NCBI GenBank assembly: GCA_002104945.1
Contig: MCFH01000003.1
Location: forward strand, 1,302,001-1,366,000
DNA: 64,000 nt
Direction: 5' to 3'
Source: Piromyces finnis finn
Taxonomy: Eukaryota > Fungi > Neocallimastigomycota
The position numbers were made by a program, and so were the translations under genes. Positions 18,051-32,970 of this stretch are shown piece by piece. Each line of letters opens with the position of its first letter. The stretch's first letter is position 1. The notes below the pieces were generated by a model. The model saw only the letters and a list, made by a program, of their open reading frames with translations. It was not told the origin of the DNA and searched no databases.

Positions 18051-19471
18051 TATTTTTTTCTAAAATATTAATAACAATAAACTTTTACTTTTTTATTATT
18101 TTTCATTTAATTTTCCATTTATATATATTTAATAAGCTAATAAGTAATCTACCTAAAGTATATATATATATTGGAAATAAAAATAAATAATAATAACAAA
18201 AGTGATAAAAATTAATAATGGACTTTAAAAAAATTAAAGAAAAAAAAATAACAATATTATTAGTAATGATATTGCAAATAGATATATATTATATATACAT
18301 TATATGTAAATAGTATATATAATAATAATACAAATGAAATAATTTTTTTTTTTGTTAACTATAATTAAATCTATTCAACAATAAAATTATAAAATTTGTA
18401 TAAAGTATATATTATTACTAAGTCAGAACTATATAACTAGAGATTCAAATTGAATTACTCTTACTCTCACAATTATCTACTATTGACTTTTTTTTTATTT
18501 TATTGATATACTATATTTTATAAATAAATATAGATAGATAGATAGATAGATACAAAATCAGTTGTTATTCAATAAAATAACCATTTCAAAAGCATAAAAC
18601 AAAAATAATATTGATAATTTATATTTACTATTATATGTATTAGAGCCTTACACATATATACATTAATAAAAGTTTGATTTTTTTTTTTATCTATTTTAAT
18701 TTATTTTCAGGTATTAAATGAGAATAAAAAAAAACTTTTATTTTTGTAGATTAATTCTTATTAATTAAATACTATATATTATATACACAAATAAATAAGC
18801 ATTCACAAAAAAAATGATATTTTCTATATTTGATTAATTACTTTTAAGTATTTTAAAAAAATAAAAAAAAATAAAAATAAAACAAAGCCTTTCTTTTCTC
18901 AAATATGTAGAAGTACAATCTGTCTAATGTTTTATTAATAAACTATATAGAATATTTTATTTATTCTAATTATTTATGTATATATGATATTTTCATCATA
19001 TATATAACTCATAAATATATATAACTAGTTAGTTATGATAAGAATGATAATAATTATTAGTATAATAGAAAAATTCGTCTCAGTAGTAATTATCCTTCTT
19101 CGAAATATTTATATTTTATTCTTATTTTATTTTTATTTAAAAAATTGATTAAACGCATATAAAAAAAAAGTATATATATTATATATATAGTTTTATTGAA
19201 TAATATAAAAATGAACGTCAATTTGAAAATTAAAAAAATTATGTATATGTATTTTAAAATGATTTATTTTAGGAAATTAAAAAGATTATAAGAGTGGTAT
19301 TTTAATAATTTATCTATATAAAAAACGTTTTTAATTATTCATTTTCTTTGATAATCATAGCTTTAAAAAGCATTATAAATTAAGTATTAATATTTATATA
19401 TATTTTGTATTATTAAATTTTTTGGTGGTATCATTATTTTCAAAGAAAAATATAAATTATATGTATACTTT

Positions 19472-21272
19472 TTATAATAAATTATTATCATTATTATTAT
19501 TATTATCATTGATGTCTTCATAAATATTACTGTTATTATTAGTAAGATTAATATTAATATTAGTAGTAGTAGCAGTAATACTGTTATTGCTATCGATATT
19601 ATCATTAATGAAATTATTATTAATGTTATTGTTGTCATTATTCATAATGGTATTAGTGGTTGTATCTGTATTAGTATTTAAATTATCAGTATTATCTCCC
19701 ACAACTGTATTAGAAGAATTTTGGGTTTTTCTATGTCTTCTTTCCAAACTCCTTCTTAAAGTCAAAACTTTCTCTTCATAAGAAACAGGACGTGGATGTT
19801 TTGGTAAATCTGGTATTCTTAATGTACAATCACTACCATAAGTATTGCTTTTTTTATTAATTTTATCATTTTGATATACTTCATTATAAATGTCATATTC
19901 ATTTATTTCGCAATTGCTTATATCATTTTCTTTTTCCATTTGATCAATATCTAAGATCGTTATTTTTTTTGTGTTATTATTATTATTATTAAAATATCTC
20001 ATAGTATTAATTACTGGATGATAATAATATTGACATGTATTATCTATATTATATAAAAATATTGGAATTAAATTTCAAATTATTAAGAATATTTATATAA
20101 AAAGGAAAAAATAATAAAGGTTAATAATCACTAATAAACTATATATTATTTTCATTTACATAAATACTATTAAACATTATTATATCAAAAAAAAAAAAAA
20201 TAAAATAAAATAAAAATAAAATAAAAATATAAATCATAAACAAAAAATAAACAACATATATATATATTAATAAAGGTATGAAGTCTGTTAATATTTACCA
20301 TTACAAAAACGAATGGAAGAATAACGATCAATATTTAGGAAATTATCATAAGTATCTTTTTTTGGTAATAACTTAAAAAGATCATAACGATTTTCTAAAC
20401 AACAAATAGGAAATGCACCTTCACGGAATCTACCTTTAGCTCTAGAACCAAAAGCCCATCCATCATCAAATATTTTTGTTAGTAATACCACTATTTATGA
20501 TATTTTATATTTTATATATATATATTTTAAAGTATAAAATGTATATTAATAATAATAGTCAAAATAACAAAATATAAAAGTTAGGAAAATAAAAAATAAC
20601 AATAATAATAGCAATAGTAACAATAATAGCAATAATAATAATAATAATAATAATAATAGCAATAATAGCAATAATAATAATAATAACAAAAAGAAGAAGA
20701 ATAAAGAAAGAATTTTATTTCAAAGTATACAAAGGATAAAAAAAAAAAGAAAAGAAAAGAAAAAGGGCTTTTCTATATCATATGTTCTTATTATTTTTTT
20801 AATAAACTTTACCATCATTAACATCCAATATTAATTCATCTGATTTTTCATTTGCAGGTTCATGTTCTCGTATAACTCGTGTACGAAGAGGAATTTTAAA
20901 ACAAATACAATGGCCTTTTTTAATTTTTTCTTTTAGATCATATTCCATTTTTTCACATAAATTTGCCATAAATACTTTATCTGGGTCATCATTCTCTATT
21001 TCATTATTTCTCTCTAAATTTCTTTCATATTCCAAAATATTACTACTATCTATAACTTGTATCTCCATATTATTATGAGCTTTATTAGTATAAACTATAT
21101 TACTGAATGGTCGTCCAATACTATTTGTTTCTTTTTTACAGTAAAGTGATTCTGAAGGTTTACGATCTAAATCACTTTTGAAATTTTTATTATGATACGC
21201 TAAAAATAACAATAGCAAAATCAAAAATAATAAAAATCCTAAGCCAACATATAATGCAAGTCGTATTTCCAT
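19472..21272 (-). CDS. Single-pass membrane protein with cytosolic SH3 domain and Asn-rich tail (3 exons)
   Basis: Exons 20813-21272, 20299-20490 and 19472-20043 are in phase. N-terminal TM LYVGLGFLLFLILLLLFLAY; SH3 RVIREHEPANEKSDELILDVND|VVLLTKIFDDGWAFG..GAFPICCL. Confidence 0.82.
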
Positions 21273-22412
21273 TTTTTTTTTTTTTTTATTATTTTTATTT
21301 TCAATTCAATTCCCTTCCCAAACACCTTCCTTATTTAAATTTTATATATATATTCAAGTATAATTCTCTATTAAAGTATTCTTATATTATTTTTTAGAAT
21401 TATACAAAATTATATTTTTTTCTCTTCTCTCTACTTTCTCTTTTATCTTTTTTAATTTGTTTAAATAAAAGTTCAACTAATTACTTTTTGAAAAAAAAGT
21501 AAAATAAAAAGTTTAAAAAAAGTTTTCATTCACGCCTAATAAATTGAACCCATTTAATTAAAACTTTATATAAAAACTTTAATAAATTTTATTATTAAAA
21601 ATTAAATTAATTTTTTATAAATAAATTAATTTTTTAAACTTTAAAAAGGAAAAAAAAAATAATAATAATTTTCAAAGCAAAAATAAAATAAAATGAAAAA
21701 TAAAATAAAAAAAAAAAAAAGACAAAAGAACCATATTACATTCAACCATTTATAATTTCAAAAATAATAGTCAAATAAGTTATATATATTATTTTATATA
21801 TTATATATATTTACATCTATATACTTAATAAATTCTATTAAATATTTTAATAACTATAAATAAATATATAAATTCATTTATTGTTGATGACGTTTTCTTT
21901 TACCTCTATAATAATAATAACAATAAAAACTTGCTTAATTTCATAGTAATTTGACACTAAACAAAAATTTTACTATTATATATATTTTTTTATTTTTATT
22001 AAATGTTGTTTTTTGTTTTTTTGTTTTTTAATAAAAGAAAAAGTAGAATTTAATAAATTAAATATTCTAAAAATTTAACTATTTTATAATGAAATAATTT
22101 AAAAGTTAATAAAAAAAAAAAATTAAAATTATAATTACTATACTATTTATATCAAAATATTAAAAAAAAAAATTTTTTTTTTGCTATGTTTTTAACATAT
22201 ATACTCTAATTCTTCGTTCTTCGGTGGATCTGATAATATGATTAATTAAATTATAATATATATATATTGCTTTTGACAATGTATATATGAATGTTTAATG
22301 ATAATAATTATTTATATATAAAAAAAGATTTCGTTGTTATTGTTGTTATTGTTGTTATTGTTGTTGTACTTTTTCAATAAATACATCACATTTATTTTTC
22401 TTCTAACCTAAT

Positions 22413-25400
22413 TTATTGTCTACTCTTTCTATTTAACTTTCTTTTCTTTGCGATTGATTTCTTAAAACTTTCAGAAATAGCTTCAGCAGCACCATGCTTT
22501 ATTTTATTTTTTTTGGTACTATTGGCATTCTTAATATTTACAATACCACCTTTGGAATCTTCAGATAATTTAACATTGGCCCAATCTTCTTCACTACCTC
22601 CAATAGCATATCTATTAAATTGAAAGAAAAAATAATTATATCAGGATAAAGCGAATAGATTAACATGGAAAAGAAAAATAATAATAATTTGTTTTAGTAT
22701 AATGTTAAAATATTTATAATAGATATATTTATTTAATTGTATTTTTTTTTTTTTTTAATAGAAAAAATGAAAAACATCTTTTTGCTTGTTTGCTCGTATT
22801 TTAATAGGATATATAGCTAATGCTAATTTATATTTACTATATTACTATATATATATATTAATTTCACAATTTTTATATTATAAATGTGACTATTTGGTTA
22901 TAGCATTATTTTGACATTGATCTTTTAAACTATACTGTTTGTTGTTGATTATTTTTTTTATCTGTTTTTTTTTTTTTTTTTTTTTTTTTTTTTGGTATAA
23001 ATTTTTTTATTGTGAAACTAATTATTTGATTTGAATTCAATTCAACAAACATCTATCAATGGGATATAAATAATAGAAGAAAAAAAAATTAAAAAATAAT
23101 AATAAATGAAACTTTACTGTTTTAAATCTAATTGGCTAATAATTTCTTTTTGTTTTTCTTTAAATTGTTTCATGGCTTCATCTTCACCTTCTAATAAATC
23201 TTCTTCTAAAGTTTGTTGAGTTGGATCCCATGCTTCATCATCATCAATATTACGTTTACCATTAGTGTTAGTAGCAGAGGACTCAGTCTTGACAGCAGCC
23301 TTCTTCATTTGAGTAGTTTTATTAATATCTTCTTCGAATTCTCTTTCTTCTACACTTTGATAGAATTGGTAAATCTTTCTTAAGGATTTCATAAATAAGG
23401 CCATAACTTGAGAAACTGGAATACCTAAATCCTTTTCAAGATCTTCCATGGTTTTATGTTGTAAACCAATACCTGCAAGAATAGAGGCTTGAACAGCAGA
23501 TAAACTTACTCTTTCTAATTTCTTTTCAGCATTCTTCTTACCAGATTCGGAATCACATAATTGATTAAGGAAATAGTGATGACTAATAACTGGAACTAAA
23601 TCTAAAATAGCATGGTAATCTAACATATTATTAACATAACTCTTTAAACGCTTTAAATCGTGTGAAGTTAAATTACGAAGAAGTTCTGAACGGCAGTTAA
23701 TCTTTGGTATATTCATACGTGAATTTTCTTTACCCATACCACGACGAGCGGCATCTAAAATGGAAAGAACTAATTTAGAATCAAAGTCCTTAAACTTGTA
23801 ACCTAATAATTCAATAATACGACGGTGGAAATCACTAGAGAAATCATTAATCCAACTTTCATTTTGAATTCTAATTTCACTATCTTCACTTGCGTTTGTT
23901 AAGCTTCTTAACATAATACAGGTGTGTTCACCTGTTAATTCATTACTAGTTTGACGAAGGTAAACTGGAACAAAACCAGACTTCTTCCAGAAACGATGTA
24001 ACTTTTCAGTTAAGCCGTAACTAACACCAATCCATTGTAAATGTTCAGTTAATGGTCTTTCATTTAACTTTAAAAGTAATGGTGGCATAATCTTTGCATC
24101 ACGAACCTTAATTTCATCGTTTTGAAGAGTTAAACCTTCAAAGTCTTCATCTTGAACAGTGTTAATTTCTTCCTTGGTGTCAACATCATCTTCATTAAGA
24201 TTTTGCATCTTACCTTCATAATAATCAACTAAAAGTTGAAGAGCACGCTTACCATAACCCATACCAAAGTAATCTGGGTGGGTAGCAATACGAACAACAC
24301 GAGCACCAGATAAAGAAGCGAAATCTTCATCTTGGAATTGTTGAGACATACACCATGGAATTAAATCACCATTAGCTCTTTGACCCTTACTTAATGAATT
24401 AAGAATAGTTTGCTTTGAAATTTCACCTTCTAAACAAACTTGAATAACACAAAGTGGTTCTGGTAAAGTGACAGCCTTACTGCTATCAATTGGAGGAAGT
24501 AAAACGAATAAGTGGTGAGCTGGAGCATCACTCATTAATTGTAAATCATTTGGACTGTTTTTGTAGTGACTAGCAACGTATAAACTCATCATTCTTTGTA
24601 AGAATGCTTCACTAACTGGATGATAGCTGAAAAGAGTATCTCTATTTACATAGTATAATTCACATTCAGATGGATATGGACAACCACTTGAAAGACGTGA
24701 GAGAGTTGAAGTACTATTACAACAATCTAAACAAAGAATCTTATTCAACCAGGATTCAATTGGATCATTTTCCTTATAACGAATTGGTTCTTCTAACTTG
24801 ATTTCTATATATACAATAATGGATATAAAAATAATTTTTGTTTAATTACTAAATATTGACTTTTGTTATGAATGCATGAATGCCTATTTAAACTAAATAA
24901 AAAAAATTATCCTTTAAAAAACAAATGAATAATAATTTACCCTTCAATAATCTACCAGTTGGAGCACCTGTATCGGTATTAGCTGGTTCCTTAGTTTCAG
25001 TTTTAGATAAAGAAGCAGATAAACCTCTGCTTTGTTCACGAAGTTGTTGAATTAACTTTAAACTTAAACTTCTACCAGTACCTTCATAACCATTAATAGT
25101 ACTAGCCATGAATACAAGGTAATTACCAAGTAATTTTTTAACTAATGGTAATGGAATAGCAGCAGCTTCATCAATAATTAATAATTCAGCTTGACTAAGC
25201 ATATGAGCATCAGCTGGATGAATATATTGAATAGTTTGTCTATGATTTTTGAAAATGTTAACACGAACAACAGCCTTTGGATATTCTGGGTTGGTACTTT
25301 GAACAATATTGTAATCAAGATGTTCTTCATAACCTAAAGCATCAAAACCCTTAAATAAGAATTGGAATAAAGTTTTTAAATTTTCAGGTGATGGAGCAGC

Positions 25401-27119
25401 AATAAATATATTTGAATAACTATTTTAAATTATACATTAAATTTTAAAAATTTTTAAAAATGGGTATTAATAATATATATATACATGGTATATACAATAT
25501 ATATAATATATATAATATTTATGCAATAAATAAATTGATAGCTTAATAAAATATATCTATATATCTATATCTTTTGTCTAATTTATAAATTAAATAATAT
25601 TTACCCATAAGCAACAGCAGCAGCTAATGAAATACCAAGAGAAGCAGATTTACCTCTACCTCTAGCAGCAGTTAAAGTGATAGTACTACGAAGAGTTTTT
25701 TCTGAAATTGCATCAACAAAAGCTAATACAGCCTTGGCCTATATATTATTTAAATATAATGACATTTCAAAATTAATAAAATCTTCAATTAAAATGGTAT
25801 ATCCATTGTAATACTATAATTTTAATATTTACTTGATCAAGAGTACCAGCGCAATCAACAAGACTGCCAATTGGTTGAGTATCCTTTAATGATTCTTTTA
25901 ATTCCTTTAATTCTTGAGCCTTTGGAGTTAATTCATTTTCCTTTAATTATACAATAAATTTATAAACAAACAAAAATAAATTAATTTGAAATCCAATTGA
26001 CAATAAGATTTGTTGCAAAATAATATACAACTATATAAAAATAATGATTTATAAATCTATATTTATTTTTTCTGATAGTTACAAGATTACTTGGTAAAGC
26101 CTTAATATTCTTTCCTTGACTAATTGGTAATACATTTAATTCATCATCGACAACTAAACAATTTCCACAACTACCTAAAGATAAAATGAAACGTTCATTA
26201 AATCTAGCAGTAATATCATGATGAGATTCAGTTCTGTAACGTGAGTGAACATCCTACATATTTTACATATATATTTAATATATAGAATAAATAAATTTAT
26301 CATATATTGAAATATAAAAATTACTTATATAATATATTTAATAATTTACCATAGTCATGGTATATAATTGTTTTAAAGACTTCATGGTTCTTAAAAGTAA
26401 TACAATGACACCACCTCCTTCAACAGTTTCAATAGTTCTAGCTAAAAGATTTGGAGTTAAAGCTTCAAAATCCTTAGATTTTAAAATAATTATTAAAAAT
26501 ATTAATTAAACCCCAAATTTTTTTTTATAATTTTAATAATTTTAAAACTTACTTGTAAAACACACATTCCATAAGTGTTACCAAGAATTTTTTCAGATTC
26601 CTTATAGTAAACGTATCTAATATCGGTGGAAGAAATGAATAAATCAAAAGGATTATCTTGATCTGGATCCTTAATACCACGTTTAATATCTAACTTTAAT
26701 TGTCTCATTCTCTTCTTTCTATGACTGTATTAGTTTAAAGATGAAGAAAAAATAATAAAATGTAAACATTATAGTTTTATTATATTAAAATATATATTAA
26801 CATCATTAATATAATTAATGTTTAAATAATTAATATAGTTAATATTCAAATATAAAGTCATATAAATTTACTATATATTATTCTCATTTTATTTTATATT
26901 ATTATACCTTGAGAAACCTAAATCTTTTTTATAACACCATAATACTGATGGTCTAGCTGCAACTCTAGCCTTTGATAATAAAAAGTGTAAATTAACTACT
27001 TGATCCTTTCCTTTGTCACCAATGATAACAAAAAATGAACGGTGACCTGATTTCACACCATTTTGAATTAAAGTATGGATTCTGGAATCCAATTTTTTCT
27101 TTTGCATTTGTGGTGCCAT
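22413..27119 (-). CDS. KRE33: RNA cytidine acetyltransferase Kre33/NAT10 (multi-exon)
   Basis: MAPQMQKKKLDSRIHTLIQNGV..RPSVLWCYKKDLGFS; LTAARGRGKSASLG; LIIDEAAAIPLPLVK; STINGYEGTGRSLSLKL; SHYKNSPNDLQLMSDAPAH; RVVRIATHPDY. Last exon 22413-22611. Confidence 0.97.
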
Positions 27120-27590
27120 TTTTTTATTGTATTTATATTTTATTTAGGAAAATAACAATAATGAAAATGTTGAATATAATAATTATATTGTTATATAAAA
27201 ATTGGTGAAATTTCTTTGTAATTTCAACAGCTATATATAAAAATAAAATAATTAAATCATTAGAAATATTTTTTATGATTATTTTTACTTTATATATATA
27301 TATATATTATATATTGATTCTTAAAGATATTTCATAGTTAACTTTCGACTTGATAAAAAACATTAATATAATTAAATGTATACCTTATAAATAATAATTG
27401 TAATATATTTTTCTAATTTTCAATGTAAAAATATAAATAGATAGTGAAATATATTTGAATCTATATTAATAAATTATTATTAATTTCTATATTAAAAGTA
27501 AAGATTTCCGTTATTAATAAATAAAATTTTAAAATCGAATTCTTTACTTTTAATTTATCTATTTTCTATTATAAAAACTTAAAAAAAAAT

Positions 27591-27624
<34 letters not shown>

Positions 27625-28417
27625 TAATTATTGTACTACTTTAATAATTATTATTATTTTATTATTTTTATTTATCATTATTTTTTATTCATATTATTTA
27701 GTAGATTTTTGTTTTTTTTTTTAAAAAAAATATAATATACAATTTTGATTGGATAAAAAATAAAAAGTTATGTTGAAATGATGTATTTAAATGTATACAT
27801 TAAATTTTAAAATTTTAAAAAATTCAAAATGTTTTAACAAAATATAAATAAATAAATAATAATAATAGTTATTATTTTGGTTGATATAGTTTATTTGGTG
27901 CTGAAAAACACTACCGTTTATTATTTTTTTTGTTTTCTAATGATAGCAAGTATTTTCAAACTTTACCTGTTACGAATAAATAAATCTAACTTTACATAAT
28001 TATACTAACAAAAAACTAAAAGCCCTCTCTTTTTAGTTATTAACTTTTACATATTATTAATTTCTAAATCTTTAAAACACACTAATAGCCAAAATTATAT
28101 AATATCTAAAACACAATAACATTAGGCAAACCTATATATCATGTAGAGACTTTTCAAAACTTATATATAATGAAAATTGTTGATTATTTATTTATTTCAT
28201 TTTAAATAAATACTTTTAAAATATTTTCTACTATTTTTTTTTTAATTTTAAATAAATACAATTATGCTACTAATAAATAATGATAGGTTTATTTTAATAT
28301 TTTAATAATATGAAAGGATTATAAATTAATTTAATATAAATTAAGTATGTTGACGTTCTTAATATTAATTAATAATTTAATATTATTAAATTTGCGTGTT
28401 TTAAATATTTGATTAAT

Positions 28418-29457
28418 TTAAATAATAAGACGTTCAATTTGTAACTTAATGTTTTGAATTTGTTCCTTTAATTCAGAACCTTCATTGGTAGTGATAGAAG
28501 CAGCAACAACTGGACGAGAAACACCACAAGCACGACCAAGAGCTTGCTTAGATGGAACGAAAACGTATGGAACGTTCTATATATAATATAGAATAATTTA
28601 AAAAAAATTAGATTAATTGGATAATCTTTATATAAATATTTCATTTTAAAAAATCACTTTTTCAATCAATCTTTTTTTAATACTGTTAAAACAATCTTAC
28701 CTTATCTTCACAAAGAAGTGGAAGATGTAATAAAATTTCAATTGGTTCAGTATCAGCGGTAAGAACAATGAATTCAGAAATACCACGGTTTAAAGTCTTA
28801 GTGGCTATATTTTGAATATTTAAATATTTAAATTAACATTTGATAGATTAATATCAATATTAAAAATTAATCATTAAAATTTAAAAAATAAATCGATCAC
28901 TAACTAATAAAATGACATCAGATTATATATAAACGTAAAACAATAATATCCAAATTCACAATGTCCAAATAAAAACTCATTTATAATAATAATAATTTGA
29001 CTAAATAAATAATTTTGCCTCAGGCAAATTATTTTTTACCTTCATTGGCACCCTTCTTTAATTGCTTGTAGTGAGAAGCTTGTTGAACTAAATCTAAGAT
29101 AGAGTTAGTAAGAGCAGCATCAGCAAGTGGGAAAGCTATAAAATATTTATAAATAAATAATATTTTTATTTATATTAATATCTTTTAATCTTTTAATCCT
29201 TTATATATATATTTATAATATATTTAGTTAAAATTATTTTGCATTTTTACCTTTTGGATTAACAGCGGCCTAATTTTTATTTTTGATTGATTATTTTATT
29301 AATTTATAAATATAATATATGAATATACGCAAATAAATGATTATTAATCTGATTTATTCCAATGAACTCATCTTTATTGTAAAATATAATTCTAATCTAT
29401 TTTTAATATCATTATCATTAAAATTTATATACAATTATTTCATTTAATAATTACCAT
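28418..29457 (-). CDS. SNU13: Snu13/15.5K L7Ae-family K-turn RNA-binding protein
   Basis: Exons 29455-29457 (ATG only, inferred), 29251-29269, 29040-29135, 28701-28804 and 28418-28576 give [97 protein letters not shown]. Confidence 0.96.
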
Positions 29458-31099
29458 TTTAATTGATTGATATTTTACTAATATTAATAATATAAAATTA
29501 TAATAGTAAGTAGTGTAAAAAAAAAAAAAATTAATATGTAGTTATATTATTTACAACAATGTTTTTGAAAATTATTTTTAACCAATCATCAATCAATTTT
29601 TTTTTTTTAACTTATCATATTAAAAAGAATATTTAAACATAATTTCTATTATAAATAAAAAATAATAAATAAATAAATAAATATTAAAATAAATAATGAT
29701 AATATTCTATGAAAATAAATAAATAAATTGTATAATAAGTAAATAAATTGCTAACAAATTTTTAGAATTCTAACCCTAGCTATTTTTAGAATATGTTTAT
29801 ATGAAATATATATTATTTTATTACTAATAAAGGGTTAGTATTATAATATTAATAAAGAATACCAAATAATAATATTCTAAACATAGTAATTACAATTATA
29901 CATTGTTAATAGTTTATGATTGATTATATTGATATATTAAAAAAAAAAAGTTATATTTATATATATGTAATTTCTTTTAATATACCTATGAATATATATT
30001 TATTAAATCATTTATCTTATATATTATGGTCTTTAAAGGCATTTTGATTATCATTGCTACAGCTTTAATAAAATGTAAAATATATTTAAAAATCTTTAAT
30101 AATATTATATAAACTCTATGTTACTTCATTTAACAGAAAAAAAAACTTTTCTTTTTTAATTTTTTAATGATAAATTACAATTAAATGACTATGTCATTTA
30201 ATATCTGAAAGATAATTAAAAGAGTATTAATGATTGAACAATAATTAAATTTTTAAATAAAGAAAAAGAAAATATTTCATTTATAAATGTTTAAAAAAAG
30301 GTTTTAATTATTATTTAATAACATTTTTTTTTTATTTTAGGAAGATATTCCAATGAACAGAATAATTATAGTTTTTTATTACTGCTGTAAAAATATGAAT
30401 ATATTTGTAATGAACTTTAAAGAAAATAGGTAATGTTGAATAATGTTCATTAAAATTAATAAATTTTACAAAAGAATTTTAAATAAAATTTAAATGAACC
30501 AATGATAATAATTAAACATTTTAATAAATAATTGCTATTATAATAATAATACTTTTTTTTTTAAAGAGTTATTATAAGCCATTAATAAATTCTTTCTTTT
30601 TTATTAAATTTCAAGTAGTAACTTTTGATTTCATTTCTTCTATCGTACTAACATTCTAAATTTTTCATTCACTATGAATAAATTATCAATGAAATAATTT
30701 CGTTCATTCCTTTGTTTTTTTCTTTATATGAACATTATTTTTATTTTTTGTTATTTATTTGTATTTTCATCATACAAATATTTAGTTTTATTTCTACTTA
30801 TTATAACTTGTACCAAAAAGCAATTATAATAAATAATATCATATCTATAATATTTTCTAGAAAAAGTTATCGTAGTTAGATTTATAATGTCTCTAAATGT
30901 ATATAGTTATCCTCATAAAATAGAAATAATTAAAAAACATGTCAATAGTTTAAATATATTCTAATGGTAATGGTTTAATTATGTATTATTAATTAATTAG
31001 CTTGACCTTGTCCTTTGTGTATTTAAAAATATCCAATAAAAAATCAAGTCATTTTGGATACATAAAAAAATGTATAAATGTATGTCAAAAGTAAGTAAG

Positions 31100-31134
<35 letters not shown>

Positions 31135-32970
31135 ACTATTAATATGAATGAATAACTAACTAAAAAAATAAGAATAAAAATAATTTCCAAATAATTAATA
31201 TATAGTTATCCATAATTGTGGATAATAATATTTAGATGCGAATTACTATAATAAGGAATTCTTGATATATAATGTGTATTATTATTACATTATATATATC
31301 ACTCTGATTATTCATTTCTTCATTACTTTTATTATTGATTTCAACAATACAAAATATCTTTTTTTTTTTTAATGCTATATGCTATTCCTTTCATTCAAAA
31401 TTTATTTTGTGGCACTTTTTTACCTAAAAAAAAAAATCAAAGCATAATCTTGGCTGAGTAAAGAAATAAAAAAGATTTTTTTTTTTGGGAATTTTCCTTT
31501 TTTTTTTTTTTGAACGTGAATTTTTTAATAAAGTTTTTGTTATTAATTAAATTGAAAACTTTAATTATTATAAAACTTTATTATATTTCTTTATCACGCT
31601 TAATTATAAATAAATTGTAATAAAAACTCAAATTAATTATAATAAATTTAGGATATATATTAAATTATATTAATTCATTGTATATTTAATAAATTTGATT
31701 AATTACAAATATACTATTAGTATATTATATATTATATTAAAAATAAAAATACTAAACTTATATATATTAATTTATATTGTTCCTATAGATTTGATATAAT
31801 AATAACTATATATATTATAGTATATACTAACAATATATTCTATTTAATTAATTTTAATTTTTTTGGTTGTTTACTAAAGTTTTTTTATTGAATGGAATTT
31901 ATATTGTTTAATTAAATAGGTACCAATGTATTATAATATATGCTTCAATATATTATTCCATTAACATCAAAAATTAGTGAAAAAACTTTTTTTTGTTATT
32001 CACCAACTACCCCAATATTAGAGTAAAAAAAAAGAAAATTAATATTTAATAATAATAATAATATTAATTATACCGCCTATTTTTTGTGCAATTGATGCAT
32101 GCTTATTATGGCTAGGATGGTGGTAGTGAAAGAAGGTGTAAATGCAATTTTTATTTTATTTGAATAGTATTATATTAACATCTTTTTTTTAAAAGTGAAT
32201 CATTCCAACTCTTTTAGTTGTATGGTGTCATTGATGATAGATATGTTATTGTATATATTACAATATATTCTTTTTTAATCAGCTTCTATGTTTCTATTTT
32301 CTTTTTCCCTTTTTTTCCCTATTAAATAATTATTAAATAATGAAAAAAATGAATATGAAAATTTTTTTATTCCATTTTCTTTTTTTTTTTTTTTAATATA
32401 TAATTATTAGTAATTTCCTAATTCATCATAGCCCAAAAAATTTAAATATTTTTTTTATATTATATAATATTAAAATAATACTAAAATTTTAATACATAAT
32501 ATTTTTCTTTTTATCTTTTTTTCCAAAAAAAAAAAAAAAAATTTTTTTTTTATTCTTTTAAGTAATGCATTAAAATGTTAATTATAAAAGTAGTTTATAT
32601 AAAAAAATAAAGTAATATAAGAAAGAAATAGATTGTATGTTTTAATTTACAAAACATTAAATATATATATTTGAAAAAATATTTCAAAGAAATACATAAA
32701 GAATAAAGGATAAAACCAATTATACAATAAACTTTTTTTTTTTTAAAATAAATTAACAATAAAAGAAATTACAAATAATAAAAAAAAAAGTATTATTATC
32801 AATAATTAAGGTATACCTATTTATCAAACTTTTTATATATACAATACATAATAAGATATTCTAACTATTATATCAAAATTATTTGAATTGATTAACATTT
32901 GTAAAAAAAGAAAAAAAGTCAAAAATTTAATTTATTTAGCCAAAAAAAAAAAATTAAATAATAAAAAAAA

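Noticed and set aside
28810-29000. Intronic box C/D snoRNA in SNU13
   Set aside because: A CTGA is present but no good RTGATGA box C or terminal stem was found.
30540-30900. Possible decayed coding or transposon fragment in the 3.5-kb intergenic region
   Set aside because: Multiple stops in the frames I read and no identifiable domain.
32080-32240. Slightly GC-richer island upstream of the SPT23-like gene as an ncRNA
   Set aside because: No tRNA, snRNA or snoRNA motifs recognised; may be promoter or UTR sequence.
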